From a virus (taxonomy: Duplodnaviria > Caudoviricetes), in the IMG/VR virus record IMGVR_UViG_3300032243_001145, positions 51,320-115,319 of that record: a DNA stretch of 64,000 nt. One strand, given 5' to 3'. Below the pieces are notes generated by a model. That model did not search any database and was not told the DNA's origin. It saw only the letters and a program-made list of their open reading frames with translations. A program made the translations under genes and the position numbers. Positions 39,598-49,440 of the stretch are shown in pieces (the stretch's first letter is position 1; the number at the start of each line of letters is the position of its first letter).

Positions 39598-41379
39598 TTA
39601 TGCCCATCCTGTGGAAACTGTAGTGGATGTTCCAGCGCTATTTGAGGCAGATATGCTTACCCAACGTGCCCATGTTGCTGTAGAATCATTTCTTGTTACT
39701 GTTACAGATCCGCCTGCTGGTATTGACCCACCTGAGCCAGAAGTAGATGCTGTAACTGTACCTCCATTTGATCTAGAGAATTGAACTCCCCAACTATATG
39801 ATGTTGCGGCTGAAGATGAATTGTTTGTTATTGTTAAAGTCCATTGATATTTTCCACCAATATATCCATCATAATTATTTGAAACAGATAGTGATGGTAC
39901 AACTGTTGGTGGTGGTGCAGTAGTAAATGTAGCAGATGCAGATGATGATGATGAAGATCCTACACTATTGCTAGCATAAACAGAAATAAACATTGATCCT
40001 GCTGCACGAACTTGAACTGAAGTTCCTGTTGTAGATCCGCTTGTATAATATCCACCATTTTGATATACAGTATAGTAATAAGTTATTGTTCCTCCACCAG
40101 TCGCTGTTGATGCAGTCCAATAAAAAGTTCCTCCTGTTGGACTTAAATTATCAGAGCCATAAACTCCTGATGGATCGGTTGGAGCGGTTGCTTTTGATGT
40201 AAATGAAGCGCTTCCGCTTCCTGCTTGAGATGTAAATATACCATCTGATGCAGTTACTGATATTGAAAATGATCCTGAAGCTGATACCTGGACGCTTGTT
40301 CCAGAAGTTGACCCAGATGTATAATAAGATCCATTTTGATATATAGTATAAGAATATCCTGTTATTGATCTTCCTATTGGAGAAGTTGATGCAGTCCAAT
40401 AAAAAGTTCCTCCTGTTGGATTAACATCATCAGAGCCATAAATATTAGAAGGTGCAGTTGGATACGGTTCATATAAATTTGATGATGCGCTTGCTGATGT
40501 GCCAGTTTTATTAGACGTAAATACAGTTGTTTGAATTCCATATCCTTGAATTCCTGCTGGTGATCTTGGATACACTGAAATATAATTATTTGGATTATCA
40601 TCTGCAAGGTTCCAAGTATAATTTGTTTGTGACGAAGGTAGATTTATTGTTGTTTGTGTATTATTTCCATATCTTACAACATCATAAGATGCTGCGCCTG
40701 GTGCTGCTGTCCATGTCATATAAACTTGTTTATTAGAATTGACTGGAGTTGCATATACTGTAATTGAACCAGCATTTCCAGTTCCAGTATAATTACCAGA
40801 TTGTCCAGAAGAATCAGGATAAATTGATCCATTTGTTGAAGTTACTGAAACTGATGTAGCATTGCTTGATGACCAAGATCCAGAATAAGATAATCCATTT
40901 ATAGATAAATTAATTGATGCAGTTGGAGTAATTGTTGAATCATAAGCTGTAAGACTTGCTACTGTGGGTAAAACAGTTGCTCCATATGAATTAGTTACTG
41001 GTGTACTTCCTCTTCCATTAGTAGCTGTAATTTGTACAGATATTATTTTATCTATATCTGTTGTAGTTGTTAAATATGTTTGTGAAGTTGCTCCAGAAAT
41101 TTCAGATCCACTTCTATACCATTTATAAGTATAAGAAGTTGGTGCATAAGCAGGATTCATATTCCATGTTGCATTTGCTGTATATGTTGTTCCTACTGTT
41201 GGGTATGGTGTACCAGAAATTGAAAGAGTTGGACCGCTAATTATTTGAGGATAGTTGGGATAAGCAATTTGCCATCCATTATTATATACCCACCCTTTTA
41301 AAGCAGAAGCCCAGCTTGAACCAGTATATATTTTAACTGATTTATTATCTTGCCAGTCTGTACCATCATATATTTTCAT
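39598..41379 (-). CDS. Ser/Thr-rich Ig/FN3-repeat virion protein
   Basis: 'YTYKWYRSGSEISGATSQTY' Ig-like segment; duplicated 'YGSD..PTGGTFYWTAST' FN3-like repeats. Confidence 0.7.
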   Translation of the reverse strand: MKIYDGTDWQDNKSVKIYTGSSWASALKGWVYNNGWQIAYPNYPQIISGPTLSISGTPYPTVGTTYTANATWNMNPAYAPTSYTYKWYRSGSEISGATSQTYLTTTTDIDKIISVQITATNGRGSTPVTNSYGATVLPTVASLTAYDSTITPTASINLSINGLSYSGSWSSSNATSVSVTSTNGSIYPDSSGQSGNYTGTGNAGSITVYATPVNSNKQVYMTWTAAPGAASYDVVRYGNNTQTTINLPSSQTNYTWNLADDNPNNYISVYPRSPAGIQGYGIQTTVFTSNKTGTSASASSNLYEPYPTAPSNIYGSDDVNPTGGTFYWTASTSPIGRSITGYSYTIYQNGSYYTSGSTSGTSVQVSASGSFSISVTASDGIFTSQAGSGSASFTSKATAPTDPSGVYGSDNLSPTGGTFYWTASTATGGGTITYYYTVYQNGGYYTSGSTTGTSVQVRAAGSMFISVYASNSVGSSSSSSASATFTTAPPPTVVPSLSVSNNYDGYIGGKYQWTLTITNNSSSAATSYSWGVQFSRSNGGTVTASTSGSGGSIPAGGSVTVTRNDSTATWARWVSISASNSAGTSTTVSTGWA

Positions 41380-41386
41380 TTATGTC

Positions 41387-43615
41387 CTAGTATTGTATAT
41401 AAATATCCCCAGCAACCATTCCTGTAACAGGTAATGTGCCAGTATTATTATAAAATGTTTTTGCGCCACCAGATATTGTTGTAGTTCCTCCGAGTGCTAC
41501 TGACGTACCGTTGATTGTTATAGATGAATTTGCTAATTTATTATTTGCTATTGATCCAGCAAGCATTGTATTTGTTACAGTTGCAGAATCTAAAAGTGTA
41601 ACTGCTGTTCCAGATATTTTAGATTTATCAATTGCTGCTGAAGCATTAATATCTGCGTTAACAATAGTTCCATCAGCAATCATAGCTGATGTAATAGTGC
41701 CTGATGGGGCAGAAAAAGTACCAGTAAATGATGCATTATTAATTGGTGCATAGGCTGCTAAATTAAGATTTGCCCAAGATGATGATGTACCATCAGTTGT
41801 TAAATATTTTCCTGCATTATTTAATTGTGCTGGTAGTGCTGAAATACCAGTTACCGTTGCACCCGAAAAATCTACTGTTCCAGTAAATACTGGTGAGGCT
41901 TTTGTTGCATAGGTTGATGATGCAATCGACGTAGCTAATTTAGCATCTAAAGCTGTTTGAGTTGCACTAGATATTGGCTTTAATGCATCTGTTGTGTTGT
42001 CAACATTTCCTAAGCCAACCATTGATTTTGTAATACCAGCAACCGTGCCAGTAAATGTAGGGGAAGCAATTGGTGCATAGGTTGATGCAGCTGTTGCTGA
42101 AGACAGCTTGGTTCCAACTAATGTAGTTAATGAAGATGCAGCTGTTTGATCTGCTGCAATATAATCTGAAATTTCCTTTAGTGTGTCAAATGTTGCAGGA
42201 GCTCCATTAACAACAGTTGCTATTTGCGCTGCAATGTCAGAAGTTCTTGCAATTGTATTAGGGATAACAGAATCTAAAATTGTACCGCTTACTACTCCAA
42301 GCTTTGCATAGCCTCCTGGCAGATTTGCTTCTGCTTCAATTACATAACCATCTAATGTATTTGCCAGTGTGGTATTGTTAGTAAAATTAGTATTTACATA
42401 TGTAAGCATTGATTCAGATGCTTGATTGACATTTACATAAACGTCTGTGAAACGTGAAAGGTTTGCAATCTGCGCTCTTTCATTTGTAAAGTAAAGGTTT
42501 GTTGTTCCTTCTGTTACGTTATCAGAGTTTCCGCTAAAACTAGACCCGCTAGTTCCTGCTGCGCCTTGTGGAATTGTAAAATTAAGAATTGCGGCAGAAG
42601 TTGTGCCCGCATTTGTAACAATAGCTGAAGAGCCTGGCGCACCTGTTGTAACAGTTCCTATTGCTACTGTTGCTGAAGATCCATTTGTGCCATTTGTACC
42701 AGCAGGTCCTGTAAGACCTGTGTCTCCTTTTAATCCCTGCGGACCAGCTGCGCCAGTTGCGCCAGTTGCGCCAGTTGCGCCAGTGTCGCCCTTTAATCCC
42801 TGCGGACCCACATCTCCACGAGGAATTGTAAAATTAAATAATGCCGCAGTTGGTGTTCCAGTATTTGTAATAGAAACAGATGTTCCTGGGTTTCCAGTTG
42901 AAACTGTTCCAAGCGTAATTGTAGACGATGCTCCACCTGAAGATAATCCAGAAACAGCTGCATTAATTGCAGTATTTCTATTTGTAATTTCAGTTGAGAT
43001 TGCAGTATTTATTGCAGTATTTCTATTTGAAACTTCTGTTGTAATTTTATTATCTGTGTATGTATTTGCAGTAGAGATAGCAGATGCAGCTGAAATAATA
43101 TCTTTGGTGTCAGATGCAGCTGCTGCTGTTAAAATTGCTGCAGCTTGAGCTGCATTTGCTTTATTTGTAGCATCGCTTGACGCTGTATTAATTGCTTCAG
43201 TTTTTGCTGTGGATATAGCTGTATTCCTATTTGAAATTTCTGTTGAAATTGCGCTAACTATGGAGGCAGAAACCGCATCTATAGCTCTTTGGTTTGTAAA
43301 ATATTTATTTGTTGTACCTTCTGATATGGAGTTAGTTGTTAATGTAGCAATTGCAGCATTTAAATCAACTCCTGCTGAAATAGAATCTGGAAGTTGTGAG
43401 GTAGGTATTTTGCCAGCTGAGTTAAGTGTAGCGATTCCATTGGCTTCGCCAACTTTTAATGCATAAGAGGTTGTGGCATTCCATCTTGAACCATTACCAA
43501 TTTTAAATTTAAGGGTATCTGTTTCAATACCAAGTTCACCTTGTAATAAGATTGGATTGTTAGAAACCCAATTTGCTGCAGTGTCTCTTCTAAGTTGTAT
43601 TCTTAATGATGCCAT
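41387..43615 (-). CDS. Tail fibre-like protein (Mtd N-terminal-type domain, collagen repeats)
   Basis: 'IQLRRDTAANWVSNNPILLQGELGIETDT'; GPQGLKGDTG repeats; start likely MASLRI. Confidence 0.75.
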   Translation of the reverse strand: MASLRIQLRRDTAANWVSNNPILLQGELGIETDTLKFKIGNGSRWNATTSYALKVGEANGIATLNSAGKIPTSQLPDSISAGVDLNAAIATLTTNSISEGTTNKYFTNQRAIDAVSASIVSAISTEISNRNTAISTAKTEAINTASSDATNKANAAQAAAILTAAAASDTKDIISAASAISTANTYTDNKITTEVSNRNTAINTAISTEITNRNTAINAAVSGLSSGGASSTITLGTVSTGNPGTSVSITNTGTPTAALFNFTIPRGDVGPQGLKGDTGATGATGATGAAGPQGLKGDTGLTGPAGTNGTNGSSATVAIGTVTTGAPGSSAIVTNAGTTSAAILNFTIPQGAAGTSGSSFSGNSDNVTEGTTNLYFTNERAQIANLSRFTDVYVNVNQASESMLTYVNTNFTNNTTLANTLDGYVIEAEANLPGGYAKLGVVSGTILDSVIPNTIARTSDIAAQIATVVNGAPATFDTLKEISDYIAADQTAASSLTTLVGTKLSSATAASTYAPIASPTFTGTVAGITKSMVGLGNVDNTTDALKPISSATQTALDAKLATSIASSTYATKASPVFTGTVDFSGATVTGISALPAQLNNAGKYLTTDGTSSSWANLNLAAYAPINNASFTGTFSAPSGTITSAMIADGTIVNADINASAAIDKSKISGTAVTLLDSATVTNTMLAGSIANNKLANSSITINGTSVALGGTTTISGGAKTFYNNTGTLPVTGMVAGDIYIQY

Positions 43616-43616
43616 T

Positions 43617-44075
43617 TTATGAACCTCCTGCATCAACAATTATACCATCGTTGTCTGCAGAACTTCCTCCTTCTAGAACTTCGTCTTGTACTACTGTAAC
43701 GCTGCCTTCTGGGTTTCCGCCATCAAGCAATGTTTGGTTTTCAAATGTTCCGCCTTGGTTTGATGTTGAAGGACTTTGTCCGTCGTATCCAATTACAAAT
43801 GGTAATACTAGATCGGGAGAATCTGAAGTATTTGTTTCATTAAATGTAATCTTATTCTGAACATCAATTGTATGAACATTTCCATCAAATGTGTGAGTAT
43901 GCATATAAAATGGTGTTGGGTCTGTGCTTGGCGGGGTAAGCTCTACCCAAACCATACCATTGTATATTCTTAAATTCTTACTTATTACATTGAAGTATAT
44001 ATCTCCAACAGTGGCTATGTCGGGGTTCTCCATAGAAGTAAGAAGATTAAGTGCAACCTTCATTTGTCTGGACAT
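43617..44075 (-). CDS. Hypothetical virion protein
   Basis: 152-aa ORF with acidic DGG-rich C-terminus, in the fibre operon. Confidence 0.5.
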   Translation of the reverse strand: MSRQMKVALNLLTSMENPDIATVGDIYFNVISKNLRIYNGMVWVELTPPSTDPTPFYMHTHTFDGNVHTIDVQNKITFNETNTSDSPDLVLPFVIGYDGQSPSTSNQGGTFENQTLLDGGNPEGSVTVVQDEVLEGGSSADNDGIIVDAGGS

Positions 44076-44079
44076 TTTA

Positions 44080-45279
44080 TTATCCTACAACTACTACTTT
44101 ATATTCTCCAGCTGACGGGGCTATTGCAAAGTCTACTGTTACTGTATTTGAGCTAGTTCTTTTTACATCAGCTTCAACTTGTGCAAATGGTGATGCTGCT
44201 TCAAATATTTGAACAGTAACATCTGTTGTACCTAGGTTGTGAGTTATTGTATAAGAAGTAGCAGATGCACCAAGTGTTTCTGCATATTTTCTAGCAATTG
44301 CATGATAATTTGTTCCATTATTTGTTAATGTCCATTTATCATTAGTTTCATTCCATAAAATTTCAACATCAGTTTCTAAACCACGTTCTACAACAATTCC
44401 TGCATCTGTTGTTGGAGTTCCAGAAAATGTGCTATTAAGCTTTACTTTATTATCTTCAATATTAATCTGTGTTGTATTTACAGAATTAACGGTTCCAATA
44501 ACATTTAAGTTTCCGCCAACTTGCAAGTTTCCAGTAATTTCTACGTTGTCTGGGAGTCCTACAGTTACAGCTGCGTTATGTCCGCTATTTGGAGAAACAG
44601 TAATTTCATTTGCTGTTCCAATAATAGTTGCTACATAATCTCCTGTTGTTTGTGAATCTAAATTAATATCTTTTACAGATACTACTCCTGCATTTACATT
44701 AAAGTCTGCTGCGTCAAAAGAAGCAACACCTTTATTTGTTGTAGATGCATCTTCACCAGAAATTGTAATTGCATTATTTGTTACTGCAACATCAATTCCT
44801 TCTCCACCATTTACAGCTAATCCTTCTGTTAGAAGTGATATTGCTGTTGTTCCAGTGTCTCCAGTTATTGAAAGTTCGGTTGCAACATCAACTTGACCAG
44901 CTGCTGTTAATCTACCTTGCTGATCTACTGTGAATGTTGGTATTTTTGTTTGTGAACCATATGAACCACTGGTTACTGCTGTATCATTTAATTTAATTGA
45001 TAATGTATTTGCTGGGTCATTATATGTTGCTGTTAAACCTGTGCCACCAGATATTAAATTACCAACAATGTCTTGTACAACTTCTCCAGATGCAGACATT
45101 GGCATCCATGGGCCATTAGGTGAACTAAGTCCATTGTAATAGTACATAACATTGTCGCCACTGTTATAGTAAACTTGACCGATGACTGGATTGGATGGGG
45201 CTGTGCCCAAATTTTGAATTCTAGCATTTAAGAGCTCATTTTTATTGAGGTCAATGCTAACTAAAAACTTTTTTGCCAT
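44080..45279 (-). CDS. Fibre-associated virion protein
   Basis: 'VDQQGRLTAAG', 'ITHNLGT' motifs; GNLxVxGT segment shared with 33898-36540. Confidence 0.6.
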   Translation of the reverse strand: MAKKFLVSIDLNKNELLNARIQNLGTAPSNPVIGQVYYNSGDNVMYYYNGLSSPNGPWMPMSASGEVVQDIVGNLISGGTGLTATYNDPANTLSIKLNDTAVTSGSYGSQTKIPTFTVDQQGRLTAAGQVDVATELSITGDTGTTAISLLTEGLAVNGGEGIDVAVTNNAITISGEDASTTNKGVASFDAADFNVNAGVVSVKDINLDSQTTGDYVATIIGTANEITVSPNSGHNAAVTVGLPDNVEITGNLQVGGNLNVIGTVNSVNTTQINIEDNKVKLNSTFSGTPTTDAGIVVERGLETDVEILWNETNDKWTLTNNGTNYHAIARKYAETLGASATSYTITHNLGTTDVTVQIFEAASPFAQVEADVKRTSSNTVTVDFAIAPSAGEYKVVVVG

Positions 45280-45291
45280 TTTCTTTCTCCC

Positions 45292-45729
45292 TTATGACAG
45301 ATATGCTGTCCCTGAAAACGGTTGTGCCATAGTCAGTGTTAATATGTTTATACTATTATAGTCTATTCCAGTTTCTAATATATCCCCAGCACTTGACTTA
45401 ACAGTCACATTGGGGTGGAACCCAAGGTTATGTGTTATTGGCAACGAGTAAATTCCATTTACTGGACCAACTATCTGTGCTAGTTCCCAAGAATGAGTCA
45501 GTGATATCTGCTTATCTAAAATGAAACTTTGTGCTATATTCCACGTATTTGTTTGTGTGTCTTTTGGACCCCAAAATCTTGTTGTATTTGTATCAAAATA
45601 AAAATCTCCAGGGACTCCGAGAGCATTATTTGGGTTTCCTTCTCCGCTAATAATTGTGCGGCCTGGTGCACCTGTAGATCTTACAACTACAAGTGGGTTA
45701 TTTTCGGTTACTATTAAACGTGTTGCCAT
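45292..45729 (-). CDS. Virion protein
   Basis: 'GDFYFDT..RFWGPK', 'ITHNLGFHP...FSGTAYLS'. Confidence 0.55.
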   Translation of the reverse strand: MATRLIVTENNPLVVVRSTGAPGRTIISGEGNPNNALGVPGDFYFDTNTTRFWGPKDTQTNTWNIAQSFILDKQISLTHSWELAQIVGPVNGIYSLPITHNLGFHPNVTVKSSAGDILETGIDYNSINILTLTMAQPFSGTAYLS

Positions 45730-46073
45730 TATACCGTTACCGACCTATTGAGGGTCATGTACCCTTCCAATAATCTTGTTTTGTTAACACTTGGGTCAAT
45801 TATAACTAGATCATATGCAGATTTTGGATAAAACATTTTATTAGTTCTGTCTGATGATATTGAAATTTTTAATTTTCCTTCAGTCGGACTAATATGTATT
45901 CCATCTTGTTCTGTTAATGTAAATGCTAATTTTTTACCACCTTGGGTGTCTCTAACTTGAAGTTTGGCGGTGTGAAAGTTTAATTGAATTGGGGTTTGGT
46001 CTTCGTCTAAATACTGAACTTCAAACGTAAAAGTTGTATTTTGATCTACTTCAAAATTTTTTTGCGCTGCCAC
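45729..46073 (-). CDS. BppU-like/fibre anchoring protein
   Basis: 'AKLQVR...YDLVI...RLLEG' pattern; first gene of the fibre operon. Confidence 0.5.
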   Translation of the reverse strand: MAAQKNFEVDQNTTFTFEVQYLDEDQTPIQLNFHTAKLQVRDTQGGKKLAFTLTEQDGIHISPTEGKLKISISSDRTNKMFYPKSAYDLVIIDPSVNKTRLLEGYMTLNRSVTV

Positions 46074-46094
46074 ATTTACCCCTAAATTAGAAAA

Positions 46095-46122
46095 GCCCTT
46101 ATGCCAATTTTAGCATAAGGGC
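46095..46122 (-). terminator. Intrinsic terminator after holin (contains an extended -10)
   Basis: Perfect 10-bp stem GCCCTTATGC/GCATAAGGGC followed by TTTT on the minus strand. Confidence 0.75.
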
Positions 46123-46141
46123 GTTCCCAATCAACTATAAG

Positions 46142-46381
46142 TTAGGCTTTGTTAACAAATCCAAAACTCTTGTCATTTGGATTTAATGCCTTTAAAATTA
46201 CGGGTGCTACTGCTGCGACTCCGCCAAGTAATAAATCTCTAGGATTTGTATTACCTGTCATGTATAAGGCTAGTGCTGCTGAAAGAAATGCTCTTCCATA
46301 GCTTGCTAGCGCTGATAGGATCTGTTCTTGCATTGTGACCTTTCCATCTTTGTTTAAATCTGCTTTTGCAAATTTAGCCAT
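46142..46381 (-). CDS. Probable holin
   Basis: 79 aa, two hydrophobic segments, 'LKALNPND..FG' C-terminus; AAGGAG RBS. Confidence 0.6.
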   Translation of the reverse strand: MAKFAKADLNKDGKVTMQEQILSALASYGRAFLSAALALYMTGNTNPRDLLLGGVAAVAPVILKALNPNDKSFGFVNKA

Positions 46382-46451
46382 TTTATTATCTCCTTGTTGG
46401 GCAATTTGCCCCTGGAATTTTCGGCTTTAGCCGAATACTATAATTCTACCA

Positions 46452-48386
46452 CTATGCTGAAATATCTACAAGCTCGCAATTACCGTCTGAGCTACAAGCA
46501 AGCGTGGCATTTATGGAAGTACCATCTTCTGTCTCATAAAAAGACAAATCTTCCCAACGAATACTTTTAGGCATTTTTGCCGCTAAGTCCTCGTACTCTT
46601 TTTCTGAAATTTCTTGATATGGTGCTTGTTTATATGTATGCTCTGAATGAGGAAGGAATGATATGCCAGACACTTCATCAAAGTTTTTGTAAACCCAAGC
46701 CCCTACTTCCATCCATTCGTCTTCTTTAACTGATACGGTAATGGATGGCTTATGTTCACACCATGCACGTTGATATACCAGCCAAATATTTAAATGATCA
46801 ATAGCTGTTAAATCATTTCTAACAATTGCGCCCTCTGGCGCTTTAATTGGGAATGAGAATACATATGTATCGTTTGGCTTCATAACATCATCTTCTACTG
46901 GAATTCCAACTTCCTTTAAAAATGTAGAGATTGGATCTCCCTTTGCTCCACGAACTGTACGAATGTAATATGGAGAATGCCAAGCATGCATTCCTGAAGA
47001 TACCCCAACCAATTGAGATACTGTTCCTGACGGCTTTACACATGTAATAGCAGCAGACTCAGGAATCCCAATTTTACCAGCCTCATCTTTATTTTTTGCT
47101 CTTGCTAATTCTCTAAGCGTCATCAAAAAAGCTTCTAATGAAACAAGGTCTTCTTTACCTGACATAAATTTGTGTCCAAATTGTCCAGTTAGAGAAACAC
47201 CTAATAGGCGCTCTTCTTCTGTATTGTCTTTCCATATCTTGCGAAGATATTTAAAGTCTGTAAGAGTTGACTGCCACGTCCCAAGGATAGTTGCAAGTTC
47301 AACCTTACGTTCAATTTCTTTCTTTGTATCATTCTCACGTAGTACCACTTCTGAAAGGTTACAAAACTGATAAGGACGTAGGATAATTTCTGAGCACGGG
47401 TTAGTTCCATAGTGTATATCTGGATCTCTTCTTCCATACTTGGCTGCTTGGGCTTGAGCTGCGGCCACATTATATATGCCTCGTTCTCCTGATTTTGAAT
47501 CATATAAAGATTTCCATTCTGCAATAAATTGCTCCATCTCTGGCTTGCGTGAGTAAGCAACAGAGTTATTAGACAAAGCACGTTGCGTATTAGCTTCCCA
47601 CCAGTTACCTGATTTAGCTTGTGCCATTTCAATATCGTTAATGTTAGAAAGAGAAATCATTGCTGATCGGCGAACTCCGCCTACAACAACTACCTCACCA
47701 ATCTTGCACATAATATCGTGGCATTCAATTGGTTTAAGGTTTCTTCCTGTGGCGCTTTTGAACTTTGCAATTGTAAAATCAAATAGATTAACAAGTGGTT
47801 GTGGACCTGATGATCTTCCACCCATTGTTTTAAGTCTTGCACCTGCTGGCCTTACCTTAGAAACATCAATTGCTGGAATCTGTCCAGACCAAAGTAATGC
47901 TAGCAACTCACGGTATGCTTTAGCCCAACCTTGTTTAGAATCTTCTACTGTAATTACTGTGGTTGATTTCTCCAGTAACTCTGGGACGGCAGGAAGTTTA
48001 TTAATGTACTTGTACTCAACAGAAAATCCAACGCCAGTGCCACACATGAGAATATACATTGTCTCGTCAAATGAACGTGGTGAATCAACTGGAAGAAAAG
48101 CACAATTGTATCCTGCTACATTATCTCTTTCTAATGCTGGTCCTGAAGTCATTACTGATCTCATAGATGGCATTACATTTCGTTCAAAAACAAACTCTTT
48201 TAATTCCGCAACAAGCTTTTCATTTGGAATATAATTATGATTTGTTTTTAAATGATTAGTCATAAAAGAAAAATATCTATTTACTGTTTCTCCCCATGTT
48301 TCTCTACGACTTTCTGCTTCTACCCATTTTGCATATCTAGATAAAGCTATAAAGTTTTCGTAAGGGTTTGCAATAGTTTGTGACAT
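46452..48386 (-). CDS. nrdJ: Class II (adenosylcobalamin-dependent) ribonucleotide reductase
   Basis: 'MPSMR', 'YNCAF', 'GGVRRSA', 'TNPCSEI', 'TCVKPSGTVS' and C-terminal C-x5-C; no NrdB partner nearby. Confidence 0.9.
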   Translation of the reverse strand: MSQTIANPYENFIALSRYAKWVEAESRRETWGETVNRYFSFMTNHLKTNHNYIPNEKLVAELKEFVFERNVMPSMRSVMTSGPALERDNVAGYNCAFLPVDSPRSFDETMYILMCGTGVGFSVEYKYINKLPAVPELLEKSTTVITVEDSKQGWAKAYRELLALLWSGQIPAIDVSKVRPAGARLKTMGGRSSGPQPLVNLFDFTIAKFKSATGRNLKPIECHDIMCKIGEVVVVGGVRRSAMISLSNINDIEMAQAKSGNWWEANTQRALSNNSVAYSRKPEMEQFIAEWKSLYDSKSGERGIYNVAAAQAQAAKYGRRDPDIHYGTNPCSEIILRPYQFCNLSEVVLRENDTKKEIERKVELATILGTWQSTLTDFKYLRKIWKDNTEEERLLGVSLTGQFGHKFMSGKEDLVSLEAFLMTLRELARAKNKDEAGKIGIPESAAITCVKPSGTVSQLVGVSSGMHAWHSPYYIRTVRGAKGDPISTFLKEVGIPVEDDVMKPNDTYVFSFPIKAPEGAIVRNDLTAIDHLNIWLVYQRAWCEHKPSITVSVKEDEWMEVGAWVYKNFDEVSGISFLPHSEHTYKQAPYQEISEKEYEDLAAKMPKSIRWEDLSFYETEDGTSINATLACSSDGNCELVDISA

Positions 48387-48525
48387 TTATTATACGACCT
48401 TTTCTCCGCCTTGCGGTGTTAATTTTGAATGAAGTCCTAGTGTATCAAACTTTTATTTAGTGGTCTAGGGGTTAAAAATATTTTTTAATATCTCATTATA
48501 TAAGATAATGTTTTAGTCAACTAAC

Positions 48526-48555
48526 TTGACAGTTATTCATAATCAATGCTATTCT
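48526..48555 (+). promoter_or_regulatory. Sigma70/SigA-type promoter
   Basis: TTGACA-18-TATTCT with TG extension, upstream of the AGGAGG RBS of the lysozyme-like gene. Confidence 0.6.
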
Positions 48556-48582
48556 TAGAGTTCGTTATCTCTATAGGAGGAA

Positions 48583-49131
48583 ATGCCAATGGAGAATATA
48601 AAACAACAGTTTAGCGATTTGGTTCGTGACTGGACGATAATAGCAGTAACAATGTTATTTTTGTTTGGTAACTCAGCAAACGCTTTAACCGTAGTAAAAC
48701 CTTTAGTGAAAACTGAAGCCCAATTAAAGCAAGAAGTCTTAGAAAAGTTCAGTAATGCAAATTACAGTTCATCTGAGATGCTTACAGATCAAGAGTTGTT
48801 AACACTTCTTAAGACTGTAGGATTCGAAGGAGCGGGCCTTAAAAAAGCTTGGTCCATAGCAAAGCGTGAATCTAATGGAAGACCGCTTGCATATAACGGG
48901 AATAGGAAAACAGGAGATAGTTCTTACGGATTATTTCAGATAAACATGATTGGAAATCTTGGTCTAGAAAGACTTGAGAAATTTGATCTACAGAGTAACA
49001 AAGAGTTATTCGACCCAGTAACAAACGCAGAGATAACGTATCATATGACCAATGGCGGCAATGATTGGTCAAGCTGGAAGGGTATGACCCCAAGAGCTAA
49101 GGAATTTTTATTAAAATTTCCGACAAAGTAA
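48583..49131 (+). CDS. Secreted lysozyme-like/lytic transglycosylase
   Basis: N-terminal hydrophobic signal; 'AKRESNG...SYGLFQINM...LFDPVTNA...WSSW' lysozyme-like motifs. Confidence 0.8.
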   Translation: MPMENIKQQFSDLVRDWTIIAVTMLFLFGNSANALTVVKPLVKTEAQLKQEVLEKFSNANYSSSEMLTDQELLTLLKTVGFEGAGLKKAWSIAKRESNGRPLAYNGNRKTGDSSYGLFQINMIGNLGLERLEKFDLQSNKELFDPVTNAEITYHMTNGGNDWSSWKGMTPRAKEFLLKFPTK

Positions 49132-49141
49132 AGGAGATGGG

Positions 49142-49357
49142 ATGAAGGTACAATATGTATCAACCTACATCTCCATGTCAGAAGAAGGATTGGTTGAAAA
49201 GCTTTTATGCCCAGTAGACCAATCCTTTCTTTTTTCTAATCAAACTCTTTTAGATGAGGTATACTTATATTGCTTGGAGTGCAATTATAAAAAAACTCTA
49301 GGGGCAGCAAGCTATCAAAAGATAGTTGATGAGGTAAATAAACACAAAAATGTGTAA
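49142..49357 (+). CDS. Small CxxD/CxxC hypothetical protein
   Basis: 71-aa ORF with AGGAG RBS. Confidence 0.6.
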   Translation: MKVQYVSTYISMSEEGLVEKLLCPVDQSFLFSNQTLLDEVYLYCLECNYKKTLGAASYQKIVDEVNKHKNV

Positions 49358-49440
49358 AGAAAATTGTATTTGTAATTTAGAAAATGAATCAGTTTCAATG
49401 CAAGTAACTGATGCTATGGGAAGAGAAATTTGGTGGCAAG

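Noticed and set aside
33898-43615. Diversity-generating retroelement suggested by Mtd-like N-termini
   Set aside because: No reverse transcriptase and no TR/VR pair differing at adenines was seen in the window.
20087-47632. Long antisense or alternate-frame ORFs over structural genes and nrdJ (e.g. 20087, 25620, 37840, 42603, 47201)
   Set aside because: Shadow ORFs caused by codon bias of Ala/Thr/Gly-rich genes; no RBS or recognisable motifs.
48430-48480. NrdR box or cobalamin riboswitch upstream of nrdJ
   Set aside because: Only a weak partial match to the NrdR palindrome, and the leader is too short for a B12 riboswitch.
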